Shown: positions 36,759 through 45,906 of the stretch, one piece after another
Layout of the letters: every line of letters starts with the position of its first letter
Numbering within the stretch: the stretch's first letter is position 1
DNA from: Minisyncoccia bacterium
GTDB taxonomy: Bacteria; Patescibacteriota; Minisyncoccia; UBA6257; 2-01-FULL-56-20
Length of the DNA stretch: 64,000 nt
Assembly: GCA_050015515.1 (NCBI GenBank)
Contig: JBEKBG010000002.1
Location: 18,777 to 82,776 of the forward strand
Direction: 5' to 3'
Notes under the pieces: model-generated
Database searches by the model: none
Told to the model about the DNA's origin: nothing
What the model saw: only the letters and a program-made list of their open reading frames with translations
Translations under genes and position numbers: made by a program

Positions 36759-39700
36759 CTATTCCAGCTTCTTCGCATTCTCACACAGCATCTTCGTCTC
36801 CCCGTCGCGGTGCGAGACGCGGCCGTCCACGATGACGCACGCGTTCTCCGTCCACGCGGCTGAGGTTTTTTCGAGCACGCTGTTGAACACCACGACTTCG
36901 ATGGATTGACCGCCGCTCCCATCCTCGATGGTGGCGAAGATCATCGGCTGGCCGCTTTTGGTGAATATTTTTTTTACTTTTGAGACGAGGCCGGCAGTGC
37001 GATATATTTTTTTCTCATCGGTGATCGTGAGGATCTCGTTGATCGGTTTGCACTTGAAATGTTCAAGCGTTGTTGCGTAGTTCGTCATCGGATGCGCGGA
37101 AATAAAGAAACCGATCAACTCTTTCTCCCAGATAAGTTTTTCGCCGCTCGTCGCGGGTGTGGCCGGCTTGAGTTTCAGCGTGATCGTCGGTGCGGTAGCG
37201 CCAAAGAGTGAGTTTGCCTGATCCATGCCGCCGCGTTTCAAGGCATTTACGAAGCGCAAGATTTCATCCATATTTTCCAGGATCTGTTTCCGTTCGACGC
37301 CGAGCGAATCGAACGCGCCGCTCTTTGCGAGCGATTCGATGGATTTCTTGTTGAGGTCCTTGTGCTGGATGCGGCTCAAAAAATTCTCAAAATTTTCATA
37401 CGGACCGCCGCGGGCGCGTTCCTCTATTATTGCCCGCGCGATCTCCGATCCCACATTCTTGATGGCGAGCAGGCCGAAACGGATCCTCGGACCTTCCGGC
37501 GTGAAGTTGATGAAGCTGCGGTTGACGTCCGGCGGCAAGATATCCACACCCGCGGTTTTTGCCTCCTGGATGAGAAAAGAAATCCGCTCGATGTCGTTCA
37601 TTTCCGAATTGAGCACTGCGGCGGTGAATTCTTCCGGGTAATTTGCTTTTAAATAAGCGGTGCGATATCCGATCATCGCATAACACGCCGAGTGCGCGCG
37701 ATTGAATCCGTATCGGGCGAACGGTTCGATGAGCTCCCACGCCTGGTCGGCAACCTTCTTGGGGATGTTGTTCTTTAAGCATCCGTTGATGAATTTTTCT
37801 TTCTGCTCGTCGAGCAACGATTTGATCTTCTTTCCCACGGCTTTGACGAGAAGGTATCCCTCGCCACGAGTGAGCCCGGCGAGCTTGGTGGCGAGGTCCA
37901 TCACTTGTTCCTGATAGACGATGACGCCATAGGTGCTCTTGAGAGTTTCTTCCATGAGGGGGTGGATATAGCGGATGGCTTCCTTGCCCTGCTTTCGGTT
38001 GATATACGTCGGGATAAGCTCCATTGGCCCGGGCCGGAAGAGCGCGACGAGCGCGATCAGGTCGTCGATCTGGGTCGGCTTGATGTCTTTCATATAGCGC
38101 CGCATGCCGCTCGATTCGAACTGAAAGATGGAGGTGGTATCGCCGCGCTGGAGCAGCTCGAACGTTTTTTTGTCGTCGAGTGGGATGTCGGAAATATTGA
38201 TCGTTATATCGTGGAGCTCTTTGATGAGATTGATGGTGCTTTCGATAATGGTCAGATTCTTCAGTCCGAGAAAATCGATCTTCAGCAGGCCGAGATCTTC
38301 CACGGCATGCATCTCAAATTGGGTAATGATGACATTCTCCTCGCCGGGCGCAAATTGGAGAGGCACTCGTTCCATGAGAGGATCTTTTGCAATCACGGTG
38401 GCGCATGCGTGCACCGATGCGTGCCGGGCGACGCCTTCCAGGTGCCGCGCGGTGTCGATCAATTTTTTCGCTTCCGGATTGGTATCGTAGATCGCTCTCA
38501 GCTCCTGCACTTTCTTAAGGCACTCGTCGAGCCATCCCTCTTTCATGCCTTGCGTGGGGTTGAAGGGGATCAGTTTGGCGATCTGGTCACAGAACGCGTA
38601 GGAATATCCCATCGCGCGGCCGGCATCCCGGATCGCGGCGCGGGCCGCCATCGTTCCGAAGGTGATGATGCGCGCCACGTGGTCCTCTCCATATTTTTCA
38701 CGCGCATACGCGAGCACTTCTTCGCGGCGGGTATCGGCGAAGTCAATATCGATGTCCGGCATCTGGATGCGTTCCGGGTTGAGAAATCGCTCAAAGAGCA
38801 GGCCGTATTTGAGCGGGTCGATATCGGTGATGTCGAGCGCGTAAGAAACGATGCTCCCCGCGGCGGAACCTCTGCCCGGTCCCACGGCGATGCCGTGCAT
38901 TTTCGCCCAACGGATAAGATCTTGCACGATCAAGAAATAATCGGCGAAGCCGGTTTTCTCGATCACGCCGATCTCATATTCCATCCGTTCACGCATCTCT
39001 TTCGTCTGTTTTTCCGGCGGATATTTTTTTTGGATGCGTTCTTCGATGAGCTCACGAAGATAGGTGTTCGCGGTCTTGCCGGCCGGCTTGGGAAAATCGG
39101 GGAGGAGGGTACGTCCGAGCTCAAGTTCCACGTTGCACCGCTCCGCGATCTCGTGCGTTCGTGCAATCGCTTCGAGTCCGCCCGGAATATTCGAGAATTT
39201 TCCCAACATTGCCTCCGGCGAGAGAATGGAAAAATCATCGGACTTCATACTCATCCGGTCATCATCGGTCAATTTGTTTCCCGTTTGCACGGCGAGCAAT
39301 ACATCGTGGTATTCCGCATCTTCGGAGCGCGTGTAGTGGCTGTCCTGCGTGGCAACGAGCGGGACGCCGGTTTCCTCCGAAAGTTTCACGAGCATCGGCT
39401 CGATCTTTTCCGATTCCGGGATGCCGGGATGTTTTTGAATTTCCAAAAAATAATTTCCCTTGCCGAAAATTTCCTGATATTCGAGCGCGATATGTTTTGC
39501 CTCCTCATAACGATCCGCGGCGAGCGCCCGCGCCACCTCGCCGCCAAGGCATGCGGAAAGCGCGATAAGCCCTTCGTGATATTCGCGCAGAAGATCCTTG
39601 TCCATGCGTGGTTTATAATAGAACCCCTCAAGATGGGCTTTTGAAACGAGCTTGATAAGATTTTTCCAGCCGACCTCGTTCTCGCAGAGCAATATCAAAT

Positions 39701-39962
39701 GGTTGTACCGTTCGCCGTTTTCTTTGGAGAACCGGTCGCGCGGCGCGATGTATGCTTCGACGCCAAGGATCGGCTTGATGCCGTGCTTCCGTGCAAGTTT
39801 ATAAAATTCTACGGCGCCATAGAGGACGCCGTGGTCGGTGAGTGCGATCGAGTCCATGCCGGTTTCCTTGGCGCGTGCCACCATTTCAGGCACCTTCGTG
39901 AGGCCGTCGAGCAGGGAATAGTGCGAATGCGTGTGTAAATGGGTAAATTTGATGGGTTCCAT
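36759..39962 (-). CDS. dnaE: DNA polymerase III alpha subunit
   Basis: N-terminal PHP domain HLHTHSHYSLLDG; polymerase core; 1067 aa. Confidence 0.95.
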   Translation of the reverse strand: MEPIKFTHLHTHSHYSLLDGLTKVPEMVARAKETGMDSIALTDHGVLYGAVEFYKLARKHGIKPILGVEAYIAPRDRFSKENGERYNHLILLCENEVGWKNLIKLVSKAHLEGFYYKPRMDKDLLREYHEGLIALSACLGGEVARALAADRYEEAKHIALEYQEIFGKGNYFLEIQKHPGIPESEKIEPMLVKLSEETGVPLVATQDSHYTRSEDAEYHDVLLAVQTGNKLTDDDRMSMKSDDFSILSPEAMLGKFSNIPGGLEAIARTHEIAERCNVELELGRTLLPDFPKPAGKTANTYLRELIEERIQKKYPPEKQTKEMRERMEYEIGVIEKTGFADYFLIVQDLIRWAKMHGIAVGPGRGSAAGSIVSYALDITDIDPLKYGLLFERFLNPERIQMPDIDIDFADTRREEVLAYAREKYGEDHVARIITFGTMAARAAIRDAGRAMGYSYAFCDQIAKLIPFNPTQGMKEGWLDECLKKVQELRAIYDTNPEAKKLIDTARHLEGVARHASVHACATVIAKDPLMERVPLQFAPGEENVIITQFEMHAVEDLGLLKIDFLGLKNLTIIESTINLIKELHDITINISDIPLDDKKTFELLQRGDTTSIFQFESSGMRRYMKDIKPTQIDDLIALVALFRPGPMELIPTYINRKQGKEAIRYIHPLMEETLKSTYGVIVYQEQVMDLATKLAGLTRGEGYLLVKAVGKKIKSLLDEQKEKFINGCLKNNIPKKVADQAWELIEPFARYGFNRAHSACYAMIGYRTAYLKANYPEEFTAAVLNSEMNDIERISFLIQEAKTAGVDILPPDVNRSFINFTPEGPRIRFGLLAIKNVGSEIARAIIEERARGGPYENFENFLSRIQHKDLNKKSIESLAKSGAFDSLGVERKQILENMDEILRFVNALKRGGMDQANSLFGATAPTITLKLKPATPATSGEKLIWEKELIGFFISAHPMTNYATTLEHFKCKPINEILTITDEKKIYRTAGLVSKVKKIFTKSGQPMIFATIEDGSGGQSIEVVVFNSVLEKTSAAWTENACVIVDGRVSHRDGETKMLCENAKKLE

Positions 39963-40084
39963 TGTTCTTGTGTTAGCCCCCGCAAGCGAGGATGCAGAAC
40001 ATTAAATTTCTATTACAGTTTACTACAAATTTGAGAGATAACAAGCTTGGTAAAATTTAATGATTTTTTAATGGTGAATATGGT

Positions 40085-40717
40085 ATGTATGGAGGTATGA
40101 ATACAATAGAGGAAAAGCTTATTATAAAAATGTATATTGAAGATAAATTTTCCGCTGTCCAAATCAGCGAATTTGTACATATCTCGGTTTCGAAAATTGT
40201 TCGCATTCTAGACGTCAATAACGTTCAGAAAAGAAATATAAGCGAAGCTATTACACAGCTTAATATAACGAAATTTCACAAAGTGCCATTTCAACTAAAA
40301 TCGAACCTTTCTCCGGTTGAAAACGATTTGAAATTAACCGGGATAATGTTATATTGGGGCGAGGGTGCAAAGACGGGGGGTGGAGTAAAATTTGCTAACA
40401 GTAATCCCGAGATGATCTGTGTTTTCCTCCGTTTTTTAAGGGAAATCTGTGGGGTTAATGAAAAAAGGATAAAAATGATGATCCATTTGTATCCCGACCA
40501 AAGTAGCGACCTATTGAAAAACTTTTGGTCCTCTACTACGGGAGTTGGGTTAGAAAATTTTTATAGACCCCATGCGCTTGTAGGCAAAAAAGGTACGTAC
40601 AAAAATAAATCCATTTATGGTACCGCAACGATCAACTACAGCGATAAAAAGTTATTGACACTAATATTAAAATGGATAGAGGATTATAAAAATAGTTTTT
40701 TTAAATTGCCGGAGTAG
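40085..40717 (+). CDS. hypothetical protein with N-terminal HTH (sigma-70 region-4-like)
   Basis: AT-rich ORF; IKMYIEDKFSAVQISEFVHISVSKIVRIL HTH-like; 3' end overlaps the tRNA by 10 nt. Confidence 0.4.
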   Translation: MYGGMNTIEEKLIIKMYIEDKFSAVQISEFVHISVSKIVRILDVNNVQKRNISEAITQLNITKFHKVPFQLKSNLSPVENDLKLTGIMLYWGEGAKTGGGVKFANSNPEMICVFLRFLREICGVNEKRIKMMIHLYPDQSSDLLKNFWSSTTGVGLENFYRPHALVGKKGTYKNKSIYGTATINYSDKKLLTLILKWIEDYKNSFFKLPE

Positions 40718-40779
40718 CTTAATGGTAAAGCAACGCTTTTGTAAAGCGAAGAGTGGGGGTTCGATTCCTCTCTCCGGCT
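40708..40779 (+). tRNA. tRNA-Thr (anticodon TGT), no encoded CCA
   Basis: GCCGGAG-TA-GCTT-AATGGTA-AAGC-A-ACGCT-TTTGTAA-AGCGA-AGAGT-GGGGG-TTCGATT-CCTCT-CTCCGGC-T; T-loop TTCGATT. Confidence 0.65.
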
Positions 40780-40780
40780 C

Positions 40781-41389
40781 ATGGATTTAAAATCAACATA
40801 CAATCGTATTGCGGAGGACTGGGATAACGATCATACCAATGATCAGTGGTGGAAAGAGGGATTGGAAAAATTTACTTCCTTGTTTAAGGCGGGAGCCAGT
40901 ATTCTTGATGTGGGTTGTGGAAGTGGGGTTAAAGCGGAAATTTTGGAAAAGAAGGGGCTGAAAGTAACCGGTATTGATTTTTCGGAAAAGATGTTAGAAA
41001 TCGCAAAGCGACGAGTGCCGAATGGAAATTTCCAGCTTGTTGATCTTTATAATCTTCCCAATTTCCACGAAAAATTCGGTGGCATATTTGCGCAGGCGGT
41101 ACTGTTGCATATCCCTAAAAAAGATATTGGGAAGATAGTCCGTTCTTTGAAAGAAAAACTTAATCCTGGCGGATATTTTTACGTGGCAGTCAAAGAGCGG
41201 AGGCTTGGCGAGAAAGAAGAAGAAATAGTGAAAGAAAACGACTATGGCTACGAGTATGAAAGATTTTTTAGCTACTTCACCACGGAAGAGGTAAAAAATA
41301 TTTTCATGAGCGAGGGATTGGATATTGTATATGAAAGCACTACCCATTCCGGCCGGCGGAATTGGATACAGGTCGTTGGAAAGGCCTAA
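40781..41389 (+). CDS. class I SAM-dependent methyltransferase
   Basis: ILDVGCGSGVKAEILEKKG motif I; ATG immediately after tRNA. Confidence 0.75.
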   Translation: MDLKSTYNRIAEDWDNDHTNDQWWKEGLEKFTSLFKAGASILDVGCGSGVKAEILEKKGLKVTGIDFSEKMLEIAKRRVPNGNFQLVDLYNLPNFHEKFGGIFAQAVLLHIPKKDIGKIVRSLKEKLNPGGYFYVAVKERRLGEKEEEIVKENDYGYEYERFFSYFTTEEVKNIFMSEGLDIVYESTTHSGRRNWIQVVGKA

Positions 41390-41439
41390 TAGGGTTATCG
41401 CGCATGGCGTAGTGTTTTCTTTTCTGATAAAATAAAGGA

Positions 41440-42570
41440 ATGATACGGTATCTTAGCAAAACGAGCCCGAAGGAGCTCGCGGGGGCGGCGTTATTGCGTT
41501 TGGACTTCAATACGGAAGACGACTGGCGGATGCGCGCGGTACTTCCGACCATTAAATTATTATTAAAAACCAGCGGGCGGATCGTGATCGTCAGCCATCG
41601 CGGGCGGCCGGTTTGGTTCGACAAAAATCTGAGCTTGCGCGGCGATGCGGTAAAACTTTCCAAACTGCTCGGCGGCAAAAAAGTGACGTTCATCAATCAC
41701 TTTCGCTTTGCGGAAATAAAAAAGCAGGTGGCCGCCGCGCCGCGCGGTTCTATCTTTCTCCTGGACAACTTGCGATTTTTGCCCGGCGAGGAAAGGAATG
41801 ACGTGAAATTGGCGAAGGCGCTCGCCTCGCTCGCGGATTTCTATGTGAACGATGCTTTTGCGGTCTCACATCGCGCAGACGCGTCGGTGGTCGCCATTAC
41901 GAAATTCTTGCCGAGCTATGCGGGTATTGAAATGGAAAACGAGATCAAGTCGCTCGGCAAAGCGATTGTAAAGCCGAAGCGCCCGGTGGGGCTCGTACTC
42001 GGTGGCGCGAAGGCGTCGGATAAGCTCGGGGTCATCGCGCATTTTAAAAATAAGGCGGACTGGTTCTTACTTGGCGGCGGATGCGCGAACACGATCCTTT
42101 GGCTGAAAGGAATGGATGTCAAGAATTCCATCAAAGATAGCGACCCGAAGGAGCTCGCGGCGCTCAAGAAAATCGCGGCATTTAAAAACGTGATCTTACC
42201 CACAGATTTTGTTTGGGGCAATGGCGATGGTGGTACAAAGAGCGCCATTTTCGACATCGGACCGAAGACCGTGAATGCCTTCGATAAAAAGATCGCGGCC
42301 GCGTGGACGATCATCTGGAGCGGCCCGCTTGGGCTCATCGAGAAAAAAAAGTATGCGAAGGGGAGTATCGCCATCGCACGCGCAATCGCTAATAATCGCA
42401 GAGCGTTCTCCGTGTCCGGCGGGGGAGAGACGGTAATGTTCCTCAAACAGTACAAGCTCGACAAAAAATTTAGCTTTATCTCGACCGGCGGCGGCGCTAT
42501 GGTAGATTTTCTTGCGGGAAAAAAGTTACCGGGCATCGAGGCGCTCAGGAGCACTCAGGTAAAATATTAA
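41440..42570 (+). CDS. pgk: phosphoglycerate kinase
   Basis: RLDFN… N-domain, hinge, C-domain GGGA…; 376 aa. Confidence 0.9.
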   Translation: MIRYLSKTSPKELAGAALLRLDFNTEDDWRMRAVLPTIKLLLKTSGRIVIVSHRGRPVWFDKNLSLRGDAVKLSKLLGGKKVTFINHFRFAEIKKQVAAAPRGSIFLLDNLRFLPGEERNDVKLAKALASLADFYVNDAFAVSHRADASVVAITKFLPSYAGIEMENEIKSLGKAIVKPKRPVGLVLGGAKASDKLGVIAHFKNKADWFLLGGGCANTILWLKGMDVKNSIKDSDPKELAALKKIAAFKNVILPTDFVWGNGDGGTKSAIFDIGPKTVNAFDKKIAAAWTIIWSGPLGLIEKKKYAKGSIAIARAIANNRRAFSVSGGGETVMFLKQYKLDKKFSFISTGGGAMVDFLAGKKLPGIEALRSTQVKY

Positions 42571-42576
42571 AACAAT

Positions 42577-43464
42577 ATGAAAAAATCCCCAATCAAAATT
42601 CCAAAACAAAAGATCGTAGTCATCTATCACGGTAATTGCCCCGACGGATTCGGCGGCGCGTGGGCAGCGTGGAAGAAGTTTGGCGCAAAGGCGGCGTATC
42701 TGCCCGCGCGCGACCGCAACACGCCGCCGGTGCCGCTCAAGAATAAGATCATCTATATCATTGATTACACGTACGACGCCCCGATCATTAAAAAATTGTT
42801 AAAAGACAATATTCGCGTGACAGCGATCGACCATCACGTGAGTCAGGCGGATGCCACGAGGCTCACCGAGAACTATGTATACGATGTGAAGCACTCCGGT
42901 GCCGTGCTCGCGTGGCAATACTTTCATCCCGGCAAAAAAATGCCGATGCTGTTGCGCTACGTGGAAGACCGCGATATTTGGAAGTGGACGGTGCCGCACG
43001 CGCGGGAGATGCTGATGCTCGTCGATCTCGCGCCGTTCGAGTTCAAGGCGTGGAGCCAGCTCGCAAAAGATATCGATGACCCGCGCATCCACGCGACGTA
43101 TATTAAAAAAGGAGCCCTGCTCGAGCTGCACTACCGTTCGCTTTACGAGAAACTTTTGCCGAGTGCGGAACTGGTGAGGTTTGCCGGGCATAAAGTATAC
43201 GCGCTCAACTGTCCGTATTATTTTGCGGATGATCTTGGCCATGTGCTGGCACTGAGAACAAAATCATTTTCGCTCTTGTGGAATGAATCCGGCGGTCGGA
43301 TCCGTTGCTCGCTTCGCTCGGCGGGGAAGATAGATGTGGCGAAGATAGCAAAGAAATACGGCGGTGGCGGGCACAAACAATCGGCGGGATTCTCGTTCCC
43401 GGTCGGCAAGAAGACGCCGTGGAAATTATTGCCGGAAGCGTTCAGTAAAGAGCGGCTCTCGTAA
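42577..43464 (+). CDS. DHH/DHHA1 phosphoesterase (NrnA-like oligoribonuclease/pAp phosphatase)
   Basis: HGNCPDGFG, IDHH, C-terminal GGGH (DHHA1). Confidence 0.8.
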   Translation: MKKSPIKIPKQKIVVIYHGNCPDGFGGAWAAWKKFGAKAAYLPARDRNTPPVPLKNKIIYIIDYTYDAPIIKKLLKDNIRVTAIDHHVSQADATRLTENYVYDVKHSGAVLAWQYFHPGKKMPMLLRYVEDRDIWKWTVPHAREMLMLVDLAPFEFKAWSQLAKDIDDPRIHATYIKKGALLELHYRSLYEKLLPSAELVRFAGHKVYALNCPYYFADDLGHVLALRTKSFSLLWNESGGRIRCSLRSAGKIDVAKIAKKYGGGGHKQSAGFSFPVGKKTPWKLLPEAFSKERLS

Positions 43465-43484
43465 CACCTGAAGAATATTTATTT

Positions 43485-44114
43485 ATGCCCGCAAAAAAGA
43501 AAAAATATTACGCGTACTTTGTGCCGGGTGGCGTGTCGAAACACGGCGTGACCGACAGCTGGACGGTATGTGAAAAATTCGTGTCGGGGAAGACCGGCGC
43601 GCGGTTCAGGGCGTTCGATAGCCGAAGTGATGCGGAAGCGTGGCTCAAGAATGGTGCGAGGTATGAGGCAAAGCGGGCGTTGCCGCGGCCGAAGCTCAAG
43701 CCCGGCATTTACTTTGACGCCGGCACCGGCCGCGGCGCAGGCGTGGAAGTGAGCGTCACCGACGAGCGCGGAAAAAATCTTCTCCATAAAACACTCGCAC
43801 CGTCAGCACTCAATAAGTTCGGCAAGTATCTGGTCGGCAATGCCGATGCCACCAATAATTACGGCGAACTGCTGGCGCTTCGTTACGCGATTGAGATCGC
43901 GCGCGCGACACGCGTGAAATATGTGTTCGGTGACAGCAAGCTTGCCATTGAGTTCTGGTCGCAGTGGCGGATAAAGCGAAAGGACCTGCCGGAAAAGACG
44001 GTCGCGCTCGCGGACGACGTGTCGCGCGCGCGCGAGGTATTTGAAAAAATGGGCGGCACGGTGGAGCGTATCTCCGGCGATTATAATCCCGCAGATTTGG
44101 GATTCCATAGATAA
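43485..44114 (+). CDS. rnhA: ribonuclease H with N-terminal hybrid-binding (caulimovirus viroplasmin-like) domain
   Basis: N-terminal YYAYFVPGGVSKHG…AEAWL HBD; RNase H core DAGTG…NNYGEL…GDSKL. Confidence 0.8.
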   Translation: MPAKKKKYYAYFVPGGVSKHGVTDSWTVCEKFVSGKTGARFRAFDSRSDAEAWLKNGARYEAKRALPRPKLKPGIYFDAGTGRGAGVEVSVTDERGKNLLHKTLAPSALNKFGKYLVGNADATNNYGELLALRYAIEIARATRVKYVFGDSKLAIEFWSQWRIKRKDLPEKTVALADDVSRAREVFEKMGGTVERISGDYNPADLGFHR

Positions 44115-44161
44115 AAAAGCGGCGCACATCACGAAGATGTGGCCGCCGTCACTGAGATTTT

Positions 44162-44410
44162 TTAAGCCTCGCAATTCAATTCCCTCGCGATGCGTTGCAG
44201 CATCTGAGGCGTAGGTTTCTCTGCGCCACCTTCGATCGCGGTATATTTGGAAAAACGGATTCCGACGATATCCGCAAAAACCATTTGATTGATGTCGCGG
44301 CCGACGCGCAATTTCCGAATCATCCTCCCGCGTTCTATCGGGTCGTCGGGAAGTTTTAAGCGTTTTGGTTCTTGCGCGGAACTTTTGGATGCGAGAGTGG
44401 CGTTTGCCAA
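44162..44410 (-). CDS. XRE-family HTH transcriptional regulator
   Basis: …IRKLRVGRDINQMVFADIVGIRFSKYTAIEGG… HTH_3; GAGGAGG 8 nt upstream. Confidence 0.6.
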   Translation of the reverse strand: MANATLASKSSAQEPKRLKLPDDPIERGRMIRKLRVGRDINQMVFADIVGIRFSKYTAIEGGAEKPTPQMLQRIARELNCEA

Positions 44411-44582
44411 TTCATTTGCCTCCTCGGCGTAAGATTGGAATGGTGAAGCTTGGACAAAAAGAAGAACTGATTTCTATCATACGGCATACGCGTGGTATGT
44501 CAATAAAAATGACAGAGATTCTGGAGAAATGTCCGTGCGGTATAGTTGCCCGCAACATTCATAACACCATATTCAAAGCTAT

Positions 44583-44610
44583 TGTCAACTTTCACGCTGC
44601 ATGCTACAAT
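44583..44610 (+). promoter_or_regulatory. promoter TTGTCA-N16-TACAAT for RNase P RNA
   Basis: TTGTCA 44583-44588, TACAAT 44605-44610. Confidence 0.5.
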
Positions 44611-44616
44611 CTCTTT

Positions 44617-45054
44617 GCTGGTCATCCAGACGGTCGCTGTGGCGGTGCGAGCCCTTTAAAAGGCGTCACCCGCGCAGAGGAAAATCCGGACACTCTCTTT
44701 CTGCTCCGCGCGCAAGCGTTGTGTGCGGGAAGATAAAAAGGTAGCGGCTAACGGCCGCCGTTCGTAAGAATAGAGGTGCGAGCAGTGACGTCCACGCCGG
44801 AAACGGCGTGGAGGACCCCATCCCGAGCTCGATGGTCCAATTCCGCCATAGGGACAACAAAGCGGAAGTGAAACGGCAAAATCCTTACCGAGTGCAAGGC
44901 CGTGCTCTGCGATCATTGCGCAAGCGATCGTCGCAGAGAGTGCCGCAACGAGCCCGCGAGCGATCAAGGGCCCAGATAAATGACCGTCCATCGGCACCGC
45001 GTTTGTAAAAGCGCGCACCGGTCGACAGAATCCGGTTTACGGGTTGCCAGCACC
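44617..45054 (+). ncRNA. rnpB: RNase P RNA (bacterial type)
   Basis: P4 strands GAGGAAAAUCCGGAC (around 44670) and ACAGAAUCCGGUUUAC (45026-45041) pair as AAA[U]CCGG/CCGGUUU with the conserved bulged U; P1 GCUGGU/GCCAGC closes the ends; own promoter and terminator. Confidence 0.7.
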
Positions 45055-45090
45055 AAATTCCCCAGAAATGGGGAATTTGTGTTTTTAGCT
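45055..45090 (+). terminator. intrinsic terminator after rnpB
   Basis: AAATTCCCCA-GAA-ATGGGGAATTT followed by GTGTTTTT. Confidence 0.6.
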
Positions 45091-45182
45091 GACAGAGCCC
45101 GGCTTATTAGTGTCCTGTGGTGGACGAGGTGCCAGAACCAAAATTATATAGCCTTTTCTGAGAAATGATGCGAAAATAAGTT

Positions 45183-45605
45183 ATGTTTACCGTAGAACGG
45201 GACGAGTTCGAAAAACTCATACAAGAGGGGATGTGCGCGATCCCGGAAAAGTTTCTGCGAAAACTGGACAACGTGTCGATCGTGATTGGTGACGAACCGA
45301 CGCCGGCCCAGAGGAAGAAATTGGACCTCCATCCGGAATTCACGCTTCTTGGCCTGTACGAAGGGGTGCCTCAGGTATCCCGAGGAGCGGGCTATTCAGC
45401 CGTGCCCCCCGATAAGATAACCATCTTTCAAAAGACCATTGAGGCCAGGGCCACCGATCGGGAAGGGGTGAAGAGGATCGTGCGGGAAGTGGTGTGGCAT
45501 GAGATCGCCCATCATTTCGGCATGGACGAATCCCGTGTGCGCCGGGCGGAGGTCAGGAGGAAGAAACTTCGCGGCGGCGCAACTTACCGAACTCCAGGCG
45601 CTTGA
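45183..45605 (+). CDS. zincin-like metallopeptidase (HExxH; DUF1025-like)
   Basis: WHEIAHHFG zinc-binding motif; 140 aa. Confidence 0.6.
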   Translation: MFTVERDEFEKLIQEGMCAIPEKFLRKLDNVSIVIGDEPTPAQRKKLDLHPEFTLLGLYEGVPQVSRGAGYSAVPPDKITIFQKTIEARATDREGVKRIVREVVWHEIAHHFGMDESRVRRAEVRRKKLRGGATYRTPGA

Positions 45606-45706
45606 AGCCGAATTGGCAAGCATTCAAAAACGGCTTCCTGCAGGAACGAGATGACTTTTGTTATACTTATAGAAAGGCCGAAAAAACATAATTTACCTTT
45701 ATCATT

Positions 45707-45850
45707 ATGTGGAAGCAATGGGTGAATCTCGTCCTTGGATTGCTGGTTGTGGTGCTCGCCTATTCGGGCGCCGGTACGGTGTGGTATGTTTTAGTGGGTA
45801 TCGTGATCGCGCTGCTCGCGCTGTGGGCGGTGTTGGAAAAGAAGGCATAA
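45707..45850 (+). CDS. small membrane protein (47 aa), hypothetical
   Basis: MWKQWVNLVLGLLVVVLAYSGAGTVWYVLVGIVIALLALWAVLEKKA; below the ORF-track cutoff; followed by hairpin ATAAAACGG…CCGTTTTAT. Confidence 0.3.
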   Translation: MWKQWVNLVLGLLVVVLAYSGAGTVWYVLVGIVIALLALWAVLEKKA

Positions 45851-45906
45851 AAAGTGCGGTTTCATAAAACGGACTCCGCATGGTCTGCGAAGCCCGTTTT
45901 ATGTTT

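Noticed and set aside
37905-39644. 579-aa plus-strand ORF inside dnaE
   Set aside because: It is antisense to the clearly conserved DNA polymerase III alpha gene, with no motifs and R/F/D-rich composition typical of GC-rich antisense frames.
40169-40330. LAGLIDADG homing-endonuclease motif in ORF 40085-40717 (LTGIMLYWGEG)
   Set aside because: Only a loose resemblance to the LAGLIDADG pattern; the acidic catalytic residues are missing.
44365-45018. ORFs 44365-44736 (+) and 44656-45018 (-)
   Set aside because: The region is occupied by RNase P RNA (P4/P1 signatures with own promoter and terminator). The ORFs have no motifs.
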